From Eledone cirrhosa (taxonomy: Eukaryota), in the NCBI GenBank assembly GCA_964016885.1, contig OZ024743.1, positions 117,676,001-117,740,000 on the forward strand: 64,000 bases of DNA. The letters are read 5' to 3'. The first letter of the stretch is position 1. Each line of letters starts with the position of its first letter. Below the pieces are notes generated by a model. That model worked only from the letters and a program-made list of their open reading frames with translations, was not told the DNA's origin and ran no database searches. Positions 25,294 through 37,599 of the stretch are shown in pieces. The translations under genes were made by a program, and so were the position numbers.

Positions 25294-25688
25294 AAAATGG
25301 TATTGTTTCCATGATATGTTTTATAAAATTGACATTAATATTAATATTACGAAATAATTATATGGTACATTCATGTATCATGATCAATAGATATTCACCC
25401 TAAATATCTAATAGCAAAGCGAAATTTTCAGTGAGTTTTCAAAACATTCTTATATATTTATGAAATTATTTTGCTATAGGTATGATATGAATTTAGTAAT
25501 ATTAATTTTAGTATATAGAACTTGCAACAGGAATAAGCAAGTTCAATTCAAATAGTTATGTTTTACATAAAAATTACTCGTTTCTAAATCATAAATGATT
25601 ATATTTCTTGAACTATTTGTTTAATATAAATATATTGTGACGATACTGATGTAATTATGACGTCAAATAGACAGTTACTAGCCGTACA

Positions 25689-25761
25689 GCCGAAATAGCT
25701 CAGTTGGGAGAGCGTTAGACTGAAGATCTAAAGGTCCCCTGTTCAATCCCGGGTTTCGGCA
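25689..25761 (+). tRNA. TRNAF-GAA: tRNA-Phe(GAA)
   Basis: Array consensus copy. Confidence 0.88.
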
Positions 25762-26067
25762 TGCAGACGTATTATTTTCTCAATTATTTCTAATGATTTT
25801 GATAGAGAACTATATATGATTTAAAGAACAATTAATCGAATGGTTCATTTGTCAGTCATCAAAAAGTCACTTTTATTTTAGTAGACACCAAAGAATTCCA
25901 ACTATTAGCAAAACGTCATATAGTTCAGGTGTGTTTTTGAACATTTAGTTCCGATTCAATAAAAGAGGAATATTAGACGACAATATCAGCTATTCAGTTT
26001 ATCAATTCAAATTATATGTTGAACATTCTAAACGAAACTGTCTATATATGAATGTTTTGTAAGAGCT

Positions 26068-26073
26068 GTCTCT

Positions 26074-26107
<34 letters not shown>

Positions 26108-26141
26108 TGAAAGGTTGGTGGTTCAAGTCCACCCAGGGACG
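26068..26141 (+). tRNA. TRNAN-GUU: tRNA-Asn(GTT)
   Basis: Array consensus copy. Confidence 0.9.
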
Positions 26142-26478
26142 TAATAGTCTACTTTTGCTTTAGAAACATTACTAAAAAATCTGTATATTTAGGTTTACAG
26201 TTTGCATTTAGAATTATTTGTAACACTAATACATGTTTCAATATATTAGCCTGATAAAGATTAATTTTGCTTTACGTTACCTAAACCATTTCATCTCTAC
26301 TGGATTGTATTTCACAAAAATCTTCATATTTCTATCTTAAACGAACACTGATCATCATCTGATGGAACATATAAAGTTTACGTTATAAAAAAAATTGAAA
26401 TGTTTTAACAATCTAAAGTAGATTATATTTATGTTTGTTTAAGTTCATTCGTAAATATACATTCAGCACGCACCATTG

Positions 26479-26551
26479 ATCCGGCTAGCTCAGTATGTAG
26501 AGCAGGAGACACTTAATCTCAGAGTCCAGCGTTCATGTCCAACGTTGGGTG
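26479..26551 (+). pseudogene. TRNAK-CUU: tRNA-Lys(CTT) pseudogene
   Basis: Array copy. Confidence 0.85.
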
Positions 26552-26945
26552 AAAATGGTATTGTTTCCATGATATGTTTTATAAAATTGACATTAATATT
26601 AATTTTACGAAATAATTATATGGTACATTCATGTATCATGATCAATTGATATTCACCCTAAATATCTAATAGCAAACGAAATTTTCAGTGAGTTTTCAAA
26701 ACATTCTTCTATATTTATGAAATTATTTTGCTATAGGTATGATATGAATTTAGTAATATTAATTTTAGTATATAGAACTTGCAACAGGAATAAGCAAGTT
26801 CAATTCAAATAGTTATGTTTTACATAAAAATTACTCGTTTCTAAATCATAAATGATTATATTTCTCGAAGTATTTGTTTAATATAAATATATTGTGACGA
26901 TACTGATGTAATTATGACGTCAGCTAGAGAGTTACTAGCCGTACA

Positions 26946-27018
26946 GCCGAAATAGCTCAGTTGGGAGAATGTTAGACTGAAGATCTAAAGGTCCCATGTT
27001 CAATCCCGGGTTTCGGCA
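26946..27018 (+). pseudogene. TRNAF-GAA: tRNA-Phe(GAA), D- and T-stem damaged
   Basis: GAGAAT, CCCATG. Confidence 0.75.
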
Positions 27019-27325
27019 TGCAGACGTATTATTTTCTCAAATATTTCTAATGATTTTTGATAGAGAACTATATATGATTTAAAGAACAATTAATCGAATG
27101 GTTCATTTGTCAGTCATCAAAAAGTCACTTTTATTTTAGTAGACACCAAAGAATTCCAACTATCTGCAAAACGTCATATAGTTCAGGTGTGTTTTTGAAC
27201 ATTTAGTTCCGATTCAATAAAAGAGGAATAATAGACGACAATATCAGCTAATCAGTTTATCATTTCAAATAATGTGTTGAACATTCTAAACGAAACTGTC
27301 TATATATGCACGTATAGCAGGAGCT

Positions 27326-27331
27326 GTCTCT

Positions 27332-27365
<34 letters not shown>

Positions 27366-27399
27366 TGAAAGGTTGGTGGTTCAAGTCCACCCAGGGACG
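27326..27399 (+). tRNA. TRNAN-GUU: tRNA-Asn(GTT)
   Basis: Array consensus copy. Confidence 0.9.
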
Positions 27400-27734
27400 T
27401 AATAGTCTACTTTTGCTTTAGAAACATTACAAAAATCTGTATATTTAGGTTTACAGCTTTCATTTAGAATTATTTGTAACACTAATACATGTTTCAATAT
27501 ATTAGCCTGATAAAGATTAATTTTGCTTTACGTTACCTAAACCATTTCATCTCTACTGGATTGTATTTCACCAAAAATCTTCATATTTCTATCTTAAACG
27601 AACACTGATCATCATCTGATGGCACATATAAAGTGTATGTTATAAAAATATTCAAATGTTTTAACAATGTAAAGTAGATTATATTTATGTTTGTTTAAGT
27701 TCTTTCGTAAATATACATTCAGCACACACCATTG

Positions 27735-27807
27735 ATCCGGATAGCTCAGTCGGTAGAGCAGGAGACACTTAATCTCAGAGTCCAGGGTTCGTGTCCCACG
27801 TTGGGTG
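27735..27807 (+). pseudogene. TRNAK-CUU: tRNA-Lys(CTT) pseudogene
   Basis: Array copy. Confidence 0.85.
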
Positions 27808-28201
27808 AACATGGTATTGTTTCCATTATATTTTTATAAAATTGACATTAATATTAATAATACGAAATAATTATATGGTACATTCATGTATCATGATCAA
27901 TTGATATTCACCCTAAATATATAATAGCAAAGCGAAATTTTCATTGAATATTTAAAACATGCTTATATATTTATGAAATTATTTTGCTATAGGTATGATA
28001 TGAATTTACTAATATTAATTTTAGTATATAGAACTTGCAACAGGAATAAGGAAGTTCAATTCAAATGTTCATGTTTTACATAAAGATGTCTCGTTTCTTA
28101 ATCGTAAATGATTATATTTCTCGAAGTATTTGTTTAATATAAATATATTGTGGCGATACTGATGTAATTATGACGTCAAATATAGAGTCACTGGCCGTAC
28201 A

Positions 28202-28274
28202 GCCGAAATAGCTCAGTTGGGAGAGCGTTAGACTGAAGATCTAAAGGTCTCCTATTCAATCCCGGGTTTTGGCA
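28202..28274 (+). pseudogene. TRNAF-GAA: tRNA-Phe(GAA), B-box G53 lost
   Basis: TCCTATTCAATC. Confidence 0.75.
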
Positions 28275-28537
28275 TGCAGGCTTATTATTTTCTCAAATAT
28301 TCCTAGTGATTCTTAGAGAGAACTATATATTATTTAAAGATCAATTAATCGAATGTTTCATTTTTCAGTTATCAAAATATCACTTTCATTTTTGTAGACA
28401 CCAAACAGCACCAACTAACACCAAAAGGTCCTCCATTCCAGGTGTGTTTATGAAAATATATGAAAATATGAAAATATATGAAAATTATGAAAATATACTA
28501 AACGAAACTGTCTATATATGAATGTATAGCTAGAGCT

Positions 28538-28611
28538 GCCTCTATAGCGAAATCGGTTAGCGCGTTCGGCTGTTGACCGAAAGGTTGGTGGTTCAAGTTG
28601 ACCCATGGTCG
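28538..28611 (+). pseudogene. TRNAN-GUU: tRNA-Asn degenerate
   Basis: Many substitutions; keeps ancestral CCGAA. Confidence 0.8.
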
Positions 28612-28949
28612 TAATAGTCAGCTTTTGTTTTAGAAATATTACTAAAAATCTGTATATTTAGGTTTACAGCTTGTATTTAGAATTATTTGTAACACTCATA
28701 CATGTTTAAATATATTACCCTGATATAGATTAATTTTGCTTTACATTTCCGAAACCATTTCATCTCTACTGGATTGTATTTCACCCATAATCTTTATATT
28801 TCTAACTTAACCGAATACTCTCAGTCATCTGATGGAGGATATAAAGTGTACGTTATAAAAAAAAATGTTTATTATTTAACAATAAAGAGTAGATTATATT
28901 TATGTTTGTTTAAGTTGTTTCGAAAATATACATACAACACGCACCATTG

Positions 28950-29022
28950 ACACGGCTATCTCAGTCGGTAGAGCAGGAGACACTTAATCTCGGAGTCCCG
29001 GATTCGAGTCCCATGTTAGGAA
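28950..29022 (+). pseudogene. TRNAK-CUU: tRNA-Lys degenerate
   Basis: Diverged array copy. Confidence 0.8.
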
Positions 29023-29412
29023 TAAAAGTATTGTTTCCATAATTTATATCATGAAATTGACATTAATATTAAATATATATTACGAAATAATTATATGATA
29101 CATTTTATGTATCCTGATCAATTGATATTCACCCTAAATATCTAATAGCAAAGAGAAATTGTCAGGGAGGTTTTAAAACCTTCATATATACTTATGAAAT
29201 TAGTTTGCTATAGGTATAATATGATTTTACTAATATTAATTTTAGTATATAGAAATTGCTGCTGGAAGAAGCATGTCCTATCAAATGTAAATTCATACAT
29301 TTCATAAAAAAATCTCGTATTTTAACCATGAATGATTATATTTCTCGAAGTATTTGTTTTATATATTTATATTGTGACGATATTGTAGTATTTATGACGT
29401 CAAATATATAGA

Positions 29413-29474
29413 CTTAGTTGGAAGAGCGTTAGACTGAAGATCTGATTGCCCTTGTTCAGTCCCGGGTTTCGACA
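29413..29474 (+). pseudogene. TRNAF-GAA: tRNA-Phe, 5'-deleted remnant
   Basis: Anticodon arm TTAGACTGAAGATCT retained. Confidence 0.75.
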
Positions 29475-29781
29475 CGCAGGCGTATTATTTTCTGAAATAT
29501 TTCTACTGATTTTGATTAAGATCTCTATATTATTGAAAAGTTCAATTAATCGAATGTTTCATTTTACGGTTATCAAACAATCCCTTATATTTTTGTAGAC
29601 ACCGAACAGCACCAACTATCAGCGAAAGGTCATTTAGTTCAGGTGTATTAATGAAAATTTATTTCCGATTCAATCAAAGATGTATATTTGACGACAACAT
29701 CAGCTATTCAGTATATCAATTCTAATAATGTGTTAAATATTCTAAACGAAACTGTCTATATATAAACGGTTAGCAAGTACT

Positions 29782-29855
29782 GTCTCTATAGCGCATTCGG
29801 TTAGCGCGTTCGGCTGTTAAACTAAAGGTCGGTGGTTCAAATTCTCCCCGGGACG
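29782..29855 (+). pseudogene. TRNAN-GUU: tRNA-Asn degenerate
   Basis: Diverged array copy. Confidence 0.8.
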
Positions 29856-30194
29856 TAATAGTCTACTTTTGATTTTAGGGACATTACTAAAAAATCTGTA
29901 TATTTAGGTTTACAGCCTGTATTTAGAATTATTTTTAAAACACATACATGTTCAAATATATTACCCTTATATAGATTAATTTTGCTTTACATACCTTAAC
30001 CATTTCATCTCTACTGGATAGAATTACATACAAAATCTTCATATTTCTAATTTAACCAAATGTTGACCATCAACTGCTGAAAGATATAGAGTGTACGTTA
30101 TAAAAAAAATCCTGATCATTTAACAATCTAAAGTAGATTATATTTATGTTTGTTTAAGTTCTTTCGAAAATATATATACAGCACGAAACCATTG

Positions 30195-30267
30195 ACCCGA
30201 CTAGCTCAGACGGTAGAGCAGGAGACTCTTAATCTCGGAGTCCTGGGCTCGAATCCGACGTTGGGAG
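30195..30267 (+). pseudogene. TRNAK-CUU: tRNA-Lys degenerate (keeps U33)
   Basis: GAGACTCTTAATCTC. Confidence 0.8.
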
Positions 30268-30672
30268 AAAAACGTATTGTTTCCATAATTTATATCATAA
30301 AATTGACATTAATATTAATTATATATTACGAAATAATTATATGGTACATTCATCTATCATGATCAGTTGATATTCATCCTAAATATCTAATAGAAAAGCG
30401 AAATTTTCAGTGAGTTTTCAAAACATTCTTATATATTTATGAAATTATTTTGCTATAGGTATGATATGATTTTCCTAATATTAAATTTAGTATATAGGAA
30501 GCGTGTCCAATCAAATGTACATTTATAATAATAAAAAAAGCTCGTATTTTAAACATGAATGATTATATTTCTCGAGGTATTTGTTTTATATTGATGATTT
30601 AACAATAAAAAGTAGATTATATTCATTTTTGTTTAAGTTCTTTCAAAAATATGCATACCTCACGCACCATTG

Positions 30673-30745
30673 ACCCGACTAGTACAGTTGGTAGAGCAGG
30701 ATACTCTTTATCTCTGAGTCCAGGGTTCGAGTCCCGCGATGGGAG
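30673..30745 (+). pseudogene. TRNAK-CUU: tRNA-Lys degenerate (follows a deletion removing a Phe+Asn pair)
   Basis: Only 478 bp after previous Lys; spacer jumps from pre-Phe to pre-Lys sequence near 30590. Confidence 0.75.
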
Positions 30746-30909
30746 AAAAAAGTATTTTTTCCATAATTTGTTTCATAAAATTGTCATTAACATTCACTAT
30801 ATATTACGAAATCATTATATGGTACTTTTATGTATCATGATCAATTGATATTCACCCTAAATATCTAATAGCAAAGAGAAATTTTCAGGGAGTTCTCAAA
30901 ACATTCTTA

Positions 30910-31759
30910 TCTATATATATAAAACTGTGGTTGTCTGTCTGTCTATCGATTTTTGGCACACATCTCCTCTTAGAATCTCTCACGGAATTGGACCGACATT
31001 GCTATACTTGTACATTGAGCCCTAGTGAAGACATCGGAAAAAAAAAATTTCAAATTGACCCACCCTATGTGACGAAATCGAATATAACGTATCGATTTTT
31101 GAGCGTAAGTTATCAGTTATTTCCCTTTGTTCTGTTTACATTGAGCGTCTTACGTAAAAAATTACGCTGGCTTTCTCAGCGTTTAAAATGACGTTAACAC
31201 AATACACGTTCGAACACTAAGCTTCCGTTTTGCTTTATTTCCATTTAAAAGCATTTTAAAACAATATTTTTACTTGAAAACAAGTTTATTTAAAGACTAC
31301 ATAAAACAAGCAAATATTTCGTCGTTAGGCGTGCAGACAGACAGTCGTGCAGAGAGGTGATATACGCGTGCAGACAGACAGTCGTGCAGAGAGGTGATAT
31401 AGGCGTGCAGACAGACAGTCGTGCAGAGAGGTGATATAGGCGTGCAGACAGACATAACTGATAATTTGGTTACGCTAATGTTTTTCTCTGCGTTGCAGTG
31501 TTTACATTTTCGATCTTTGTTAATAAATAACCAGTGCAGTTTTTATCCCCAGCATCCTCTTTTGTTATAACATTCGGGTTATTGTTATGTTTTCTTAACT
31601 TCATAAGGCATATTGTTGGTTGAGGGAATATTAATCAAAAACACCACATGCAAGTCTGCACAGTAGACACTACAGTTTTTAAGCCAAAAAAGAAACTTAA
31701 CATTGTAACTTTAACACAGCTCCTGAGCGACCCCGAGCAACGCCGGGCTTTACTGCTAG
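30910..31759 (+). mobile_element. Non-autonomous Helitron
   Basis: 5' TCTATATATATAAAA; 3' hairpin CCCGAGCAACGCCGGG then CTAG; inserted between A and T of spacer CATTCTTA|TATATTTAT without TSD; internal 37-bp minisatellite x3.4 (31329-31454). Confidence 0.9.
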
Positions 31760-31986
31760 TATATTTATAAAATTATTTTGCTATAGATATGATATGATTT
31801 TACTAATATTAATTTTAGTATATAGAAATCGCAACAGGAAAAGGAAGTTCAATTCAAATGTACATTTATTACATAATTAAAGCTCGTGACTTCATCATGA
31901 ATAATTATATTTCTCGAAGTATTTGTTTAATATTGTGACGATACTGATGTAATTATGACGTCAAATATGTAGTCTATGGTCGTATA

Positions 31987-32059
31987 GCTGAAATACCTCA
32001 GTTGGGAGAGCGTTAGACTGAAGATCTAAATGTCCCCTGTTCAATCCCGCGTTTCGGCA
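31987..32059 (+). pseudogene. TRNAF-GAA: tRNA-Phe degenerate
   Basis: Diverged array copy. Confidence 0.8.
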
Positions 32060-33324
32060 TGCAGGCGTAATATTTTTTCAAATATGTCTACTGATTTTGA
32101 TTGAGATCTCTATATTTTTTAAAATTTCAATTAATCGAATATTTCATTTTTTCTGTCCACAAAAAAATCAATTTTATTTTTGTAGACACCAAACAGCACC
32201 AACTATCAGGAAAAGCTCATATAGTTCAGGTCTGTTTATGAAATATACTTCTGATTCAATAAAAGAGGTATATTTGACGACAACATCAGCTATTCAGTAT
32301 ATCAATGTAAACCGTAATAAAGTAAGGAGTGCGGGACTGCATCCAGAATAATTTTTTTATCCCGTCTGTAAAATACGTTCGATTACTTTGAATAAATAAT
32401 GAATGAATATTACATAACTTATGTACTATATTACGTAACTAATTTTCGTATTTATAAATAATGTTAAAAATACAATTTTCTTGTCGCTACCACCACCACT
32501 TCAACTACCATCTAAACTATAATAAAGAAGTTCTGCGTGACTGCGTACGGTTTATTTCTTTTAATGCAGTTAGTAAAATAAGTTGGATTACTTTGAATAA
32601 ATAATGAATGAATATTACAAAATTTATGTACTAAACTTTGTAAACAAAAATAAATAATGAATGATAATTTCGTAAAAATAAATAATTTCAAATTGACTTC
32701 TTTTCAAAGTTGTACTTCCGGTATATCGTTGCCACCACCACCACTTCAACTACCATATATATAGAAAGAGTGAGTGTGTGATGAGAGAGATATAAAGATT
32801 ATGATTTTCTACACGTTGACGCGTATGAGTGTACACATACATCTATCTAGCTATGTATCTAAGGCGGGTAAAATTCCCGAGATCCATGGACGAGTTCTCT
32901 CCAGCGGTCGCTGTCCCTCATTATCCCTGCCATGTCCTGCGTCTCCAACAGACCAGTGTATGTCCTTAGGGCATCAACATATGTTAACTATGATGAGTAT
33001 ATAACTATAATCGCGCAAACACAAACTTATAAAAATACACTTCGCAGAAATAATTCACACAAATACACATACATTCACACAAATACACCTTCTTTCACAC
33101 AAATAGATATCCTTTCACACAAATACACATACTTTCACACAAATATACATACATTCACACACATACATTTACACAAACATACACATTCACACAAATATAC
33201 GTACATTCACACATACTTTCACACAAACATACATACATTCACACATATACATTTACACAAACACACACATACAGTCATGATAGCGTTCAGTGAAGTGGAA
33301 ATGGGATGTTAAAACAAGTAAAAC

Positions 33325-34010
33325 GTTTTATTTATTTATTAACTCTTTATTTATTTATTAACTCTTTTTTCAAAACTCATTTTAATATAATGGTTACAGA
33401 ACGAAAACACTAACAAATATAATATATAGAAAGGAATGGGAAAGGAAAAACAAAGAGAAAAAATACACAAGCAGGTAATACACACATCTTAAACCCCATA
33501 GAACAAAATGCAGACGAAAGAGTAGAAAAAACGAGCCGCTACCAAGGCAAAACTTAGCAATATAACGAGGAGCACTGGGAAATCTCTAATAATTTTTGAG
33601 GCAAGCCAGCACGCTCGCAGCGTTACCTGGCGTGATGGCGGGGCTGAGGTGCTGAAACAACCAAGTGCCCCCACGAACATCAGCAGTTACCTCTGTTTGG
33701 TGAGCCGCCAGTGAAGATAAGAACCTCGCTGTCAGTAGCCCGACTCGCCCAAAAGTCTCGAACGCCACAGGCTGGATAATGTAGTTAGCTGACAGAACAC
33801 GGTATTTTAGGATTTGTTCCGTTAAGCTGCGGATGCTGTAGCTCTCGCCCTTACCGCTGCATCCAGAATGTGGTAAGAAGCAAAAGAGTCACTAACTGTG
33901 ACGTCCCAGGTAAGGCACCTGCCTCTTGACCAAGAGCACAGAGTAAGACCGTCAAGTTTTTTCCCACCAATTCAGGACAACCCAGAGGGTTACAAAATTG
34001 AGGGGATGTT
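33325..34010 (-). mobile_element. 3' fragment of CRE-clade non-LTR retrotransposon (RLE domain)
   Basis: Minus-strand translation KKLDGLTLCSWSRGRCLTWDVTV ... AFETFG ... WLFQHLSPAITPGNAASVL resembles CRE-type RLE C-terminus; AATAAAT-rich tail. Confidence 0.8.
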
Positions 34011-34229
34011 TGCCCGGTCCAAATCTCTTGGGTGGTAATAGGACAGTGTGTGTATCTTCACGCGTGAGTTTGTCGGCGTTCTTAAATTAGAGACACGTAT
34101 GTGTGTGTCACTGTTTTTAAGTTAGACATATATAGGTGTGTATCCCTTTCCTTCCTTTTACACACCCATATATTCACACAAACACATGTACACATTGCGT
34201 GATGGACGGGTCGACAGAAGTCCCTCAAA

Positions 34230-34875
34230 TTTATATACGTGTGAATGAAGTTCTACTAAAGCAGTTAGAGATGTTCAAGTATCTTGGAGCCGTGTTCATG
34301 ACTGATGCAATGCAGGAGGTTGAATTAAGTGCAAGAATTGCAAAAGCTGATGCAGTAAAGCGCCAGCCTCAGCAATCAGATGAAGGAGTGTAGGTGTAAA
34401 AGCCAAACTCGCTGTCTTCCTGGTATTCCTGCCAACTCTTACCGAGGATCATGAATATTGAGTAATGACCAAAAGAATACAATTGCAAATAAAAGTGGCA
34501 GAAATGGGATACCTCCGAAGGGCCTTTGGAGTAACGTTACTCGATAAAGTGCATAACTCAGAGACCAGAGAGTCACACCTGGCAGAGCCACTAATTCTCC
34601 GAATTGAGTGATCACAACTCCAATATTATGAGCATGTGGTTAGAATGTCTCAGTAAAGAATCGCTGGACACATTTTACAGACAAAACCAACCGGCAAGAG
34701 ACCCAGAGACAGATCTTGAGCAAGATAGTTGGATAACTTCCATAAGCTTGGCTGGTCATGCTTTGGAATCCAGCTGGATCAGTTAGAGATATTTGCTACT
34801 GACAGACTGGAAGGAGTGTTAGAGAAACACTCTGCCCCCACTACCCTCTCAGAAATAAGTGGGTGAAGAAGAAGA
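34230..34875 (+). mobile_element. Decayed RTE-clade LINE 3' fragment
   Basis: MFKYLGAVF...ARIAKA; AEMGYLRRAFGVTLLDKVHNS; KPTGKRPR; GAA-type tail. Confidence 0.8.
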
Positions 34876-35036
34876 TATTGTCAATTTACTTTTCAATTTG
34901 CATATATCTATATGCATATATATTTGCGTATAATACCAATATGCACACTACATATACTAGCAGAAAACCGCCCTCGAGCGGTGTTTCTCCTGGTTTGAAT
35001 GATGTGTTGAACATTCTAAACGAAACTATCTATATA

Positions 35037-35851
35037 CTAGCAGTAAAGCCCGGCGTTGCTCGGGGTCGCTCAGTAGCTGTGTTAAAGTTACAATGTTAAG
35101 TTTCTTTTTTGGCTTAAAAACTGTAATGTCTACTGTGCAGACTTGCATGTGGTGTTTTTGATTAATATTCCCTCAACCAACAATATGCCTTATGAAGTTA
35201 AGAAAACATAACGATAACCCGAATGTTATAACAAAAGAGGATGCTGGGGATAAAAACTGCACTGGTTATTTATTAACAAAGATCGAAAATGTAAACACTG
35301 CAACGCAGAGAAAAACATTAGCGTAACCAAATTATCAGTTATGTCTGTCTGCACGCCTATATCACCTCTCTGCACGACTGTCTGTCTGCACGCCTGAAAT
35401 ATTTGCTTGTTTTACGTAGTCTTTAAATAGACTTGTTTTCAAGTAAAAATATTGTTTTAAAATGCTTTTAAATGGAAATGAAGCAAAACGGAATGTTAGT
35501 GTTCGAACTGATGAATTTTGCAGGTCAATATTTTGCTGGCTCGACAACTGTTCGTGTATTGTGTTAATGTCATTTTAAACGCTGAGAAAGCCAGCGTAAT
35601 TTTTTACGTAAGACGCTCAATGTAAACAGAACAAAGGGAAATAACTGATAACTTACGCTCAAAAATCGATACATTGTATTCGATTTCGTCACATAGGGTG
35701 GGTCAATTTGAAATATCTTTTTTCCGATGTCTTCGCTAGGGCTTAATGTACAAGTATAGCAATTTCGTTGCAATTCCGTGAGAGATTCTAAGAGGAGATG
35801 TGTGCCAAAAATCGATAGACAGACAGACAACCACAGTTTTATATATATAGA
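35037..35851 (-). mobile_element. Non-autonomous Helitron, same family as 30910-31759
   Basis: Reverse-complement homologue; CTAG plus hairpin at 35037, TC end at 35851; inserted in CTATATA|TGAATG; fewer 37-bp repeats and a ~40-bp extra segment. Confidence 0.9.
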
Positions 35852-35870
35852 TGAATGTCTGGAAATAGCT

Positions 35871-35942
35871 GTCTCTGTGGCGATTGGTTATCGCGTTCGG
35901 CTATTAACCGAAAGGCTGGTGGTTCAAGTCCACCCAGGGACG
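35871..35942 (+). pseudogene. tRNA-Asn degenerate (anticodon ATT, D-arm deletion)
   Basis: TTCGG CTATTAA CCGAA. Confidence 0.75.
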
Positions 35943-36279
35943 TAATGGTCTACTTTGCTTTAGAAACATTACTATAAAATCTGTATATTTAGGTTTATAG
36001 CTTGTGTTTAGAATTATCTGTAACACTCGTACATGTTTAAATATATTACCCTGATATAGATTAATTGTGCTTTACATTACCTAAACCATTTCATCTCTAC
36101 TGGATTGTATTTCATAAACGATGCATATATTTCTTACTTAACCGAAAACTGACCATCGTCTGATGGAACATATGAAGTGTACCTTAAAAAAAGAATTCTG
36201 ATGTTTTAACAATCTAAAGTAGATTATATTTATGTTTGTTTAAGTTCTTTCGCAAATATACATACTGCACGCACCATTA

Positions 36280-36352
36280 ACCTGACTAGCTCAGTCGATA
36301 GAGCAGGAGACTCTTGATCTTGAAGTCCTGTGTTCGAGCCCCACTTTGGGTG
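36280..36352 (+). pseudogene. TRNAK-CUU: tRNA-Lys degenerate
   Basis: Keeps U33 and GTTCGAGCCCCAC. Confidence 0.78.
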
Positions 36353-36740
36353 AAAAAGTATAGTTTCCATAATTTGTTTCCATAAATTGACATCAACTTT
36401 AACTATATATAACGAAATAAATATATGGTACATTTATATATCATGATCAATTGTTATTCATCCTAAATATCTAATAGCAAAGCGAAATTTTCAGTGTAGT
36501 TTCCAAAACCTTCACATATACTTATAAAATTAATTTGCTATAGGTTTGATATGATTTGACTAATATTAATTTTAGTATATAGAAATTGCAGCAGGAAAAA
36601 GCAAATCCAATTCAAATGTACATTTATTACATAAAAAAAGCTCGTTTCTTAAGCATGAATGATTACATTTGTTTAATATATTTATATTATGACGATACTG
36701 ATGTAATTATGACGTCAAATATATAGACTATAGACGTATA

Positions 36741-36812
36741 GCCGAAAGAGCTCAGTTGGGAAGCGTTAGACTGAAGATCTAAAGGTCCCCTGTTCAATCA
36801 CGGGTTTCGGCA
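36741..36812 (+). pseudogene. TRNAF-GAA: tRNA-Phe degenerate
   Basis: T8G, 1-nt D-arm deletion. Confidence 0.78.
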
Positions 36813-37113
36813 TGCAGTGGTATTATTTTCTTAAATATTTCTACTGATTTTGATTAAGATCTCTATATTATTTCAAATGTCAATTAATCGAATGTTTTAT
36901 TTTTCAGTCATCAAAAAATCATTTTTATTTCTATAGACACCAAAGAATACCAACTATCAGCAAAAGGTCATCTACTTCCGGTGTGTTTATACAAATTTAG
37001 TTCTGATTCAGTAAAAGATTATATTTGTCGACAATATATTCAGTATATCAATTCTAATAACGTGTGAAACATTCTAAACGAATCTGTCTATATATGAATG
37101 TATAGCAAGAGCT

Positions 37114-37187
37114 GTCTCTGTGGCGTAATCGGTTAGCGTGTCCGGCTGTTAACCGGACGGGTGGTGTTTCAAGTCCACCCAGGGAAG
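37114..37187 (+). pseudogene. TRNAN-GUU: tRNA-Asn degenerate
   Basis: Anticodon stem TCCGG/CCGGA; G53 lost. Confidence 0.78.
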
Positions 37188-37526
37188 TAGTGGTCTACTT
37201 TTTTGCTTTAGAATCATTACTAAAAATCTGTATATTTAGGTTTACAGCTTGTATTTAGAATTATTTGTAACACTAATACATGTTTCAATGTATTACCCTG
37301 ATAAAGATTAATTGTGCTTTACATTACCTAAATCATTTCATCTCTACTGGATAGTGTTTCATAAAGAATCTTCATATTTCTAATTCACCCAAATGCTGAC
37401 CATCATCTGCAGGAACAGATAAAGTGTAAGTTACAAAAAACAATTCTGATGATTTAACAATAAAAAGTAGATTATATTTCTTTTGTTTAAGTTATTTCAA
37501 AAATATACCTACTGCACGCAACATTG

Positions 37527-37599
37527 CCCCTACTAGCTCAATCGGTAGAGCAGGAGACTCTTAATCTCGGAGTCCTGGGTTCGAGTCCCACGTTGGGAG
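37527..37599 (+). pseudogene. TRNAK-CUU: tRNA-Lys degenerate, closest to canonical in anticodon loop and T-arm
   Basis: GAGACTCTTAATCTC...CTGGGTTCGAGTCCCAC. Confidence 0.78.

Noticed and set aside
1-28300. CRISPR-like or rDNA-like regular array
   Set aside because: Spacers are near-identical rather than unique; no cas genes or rRNA sequence; eukaryotic context
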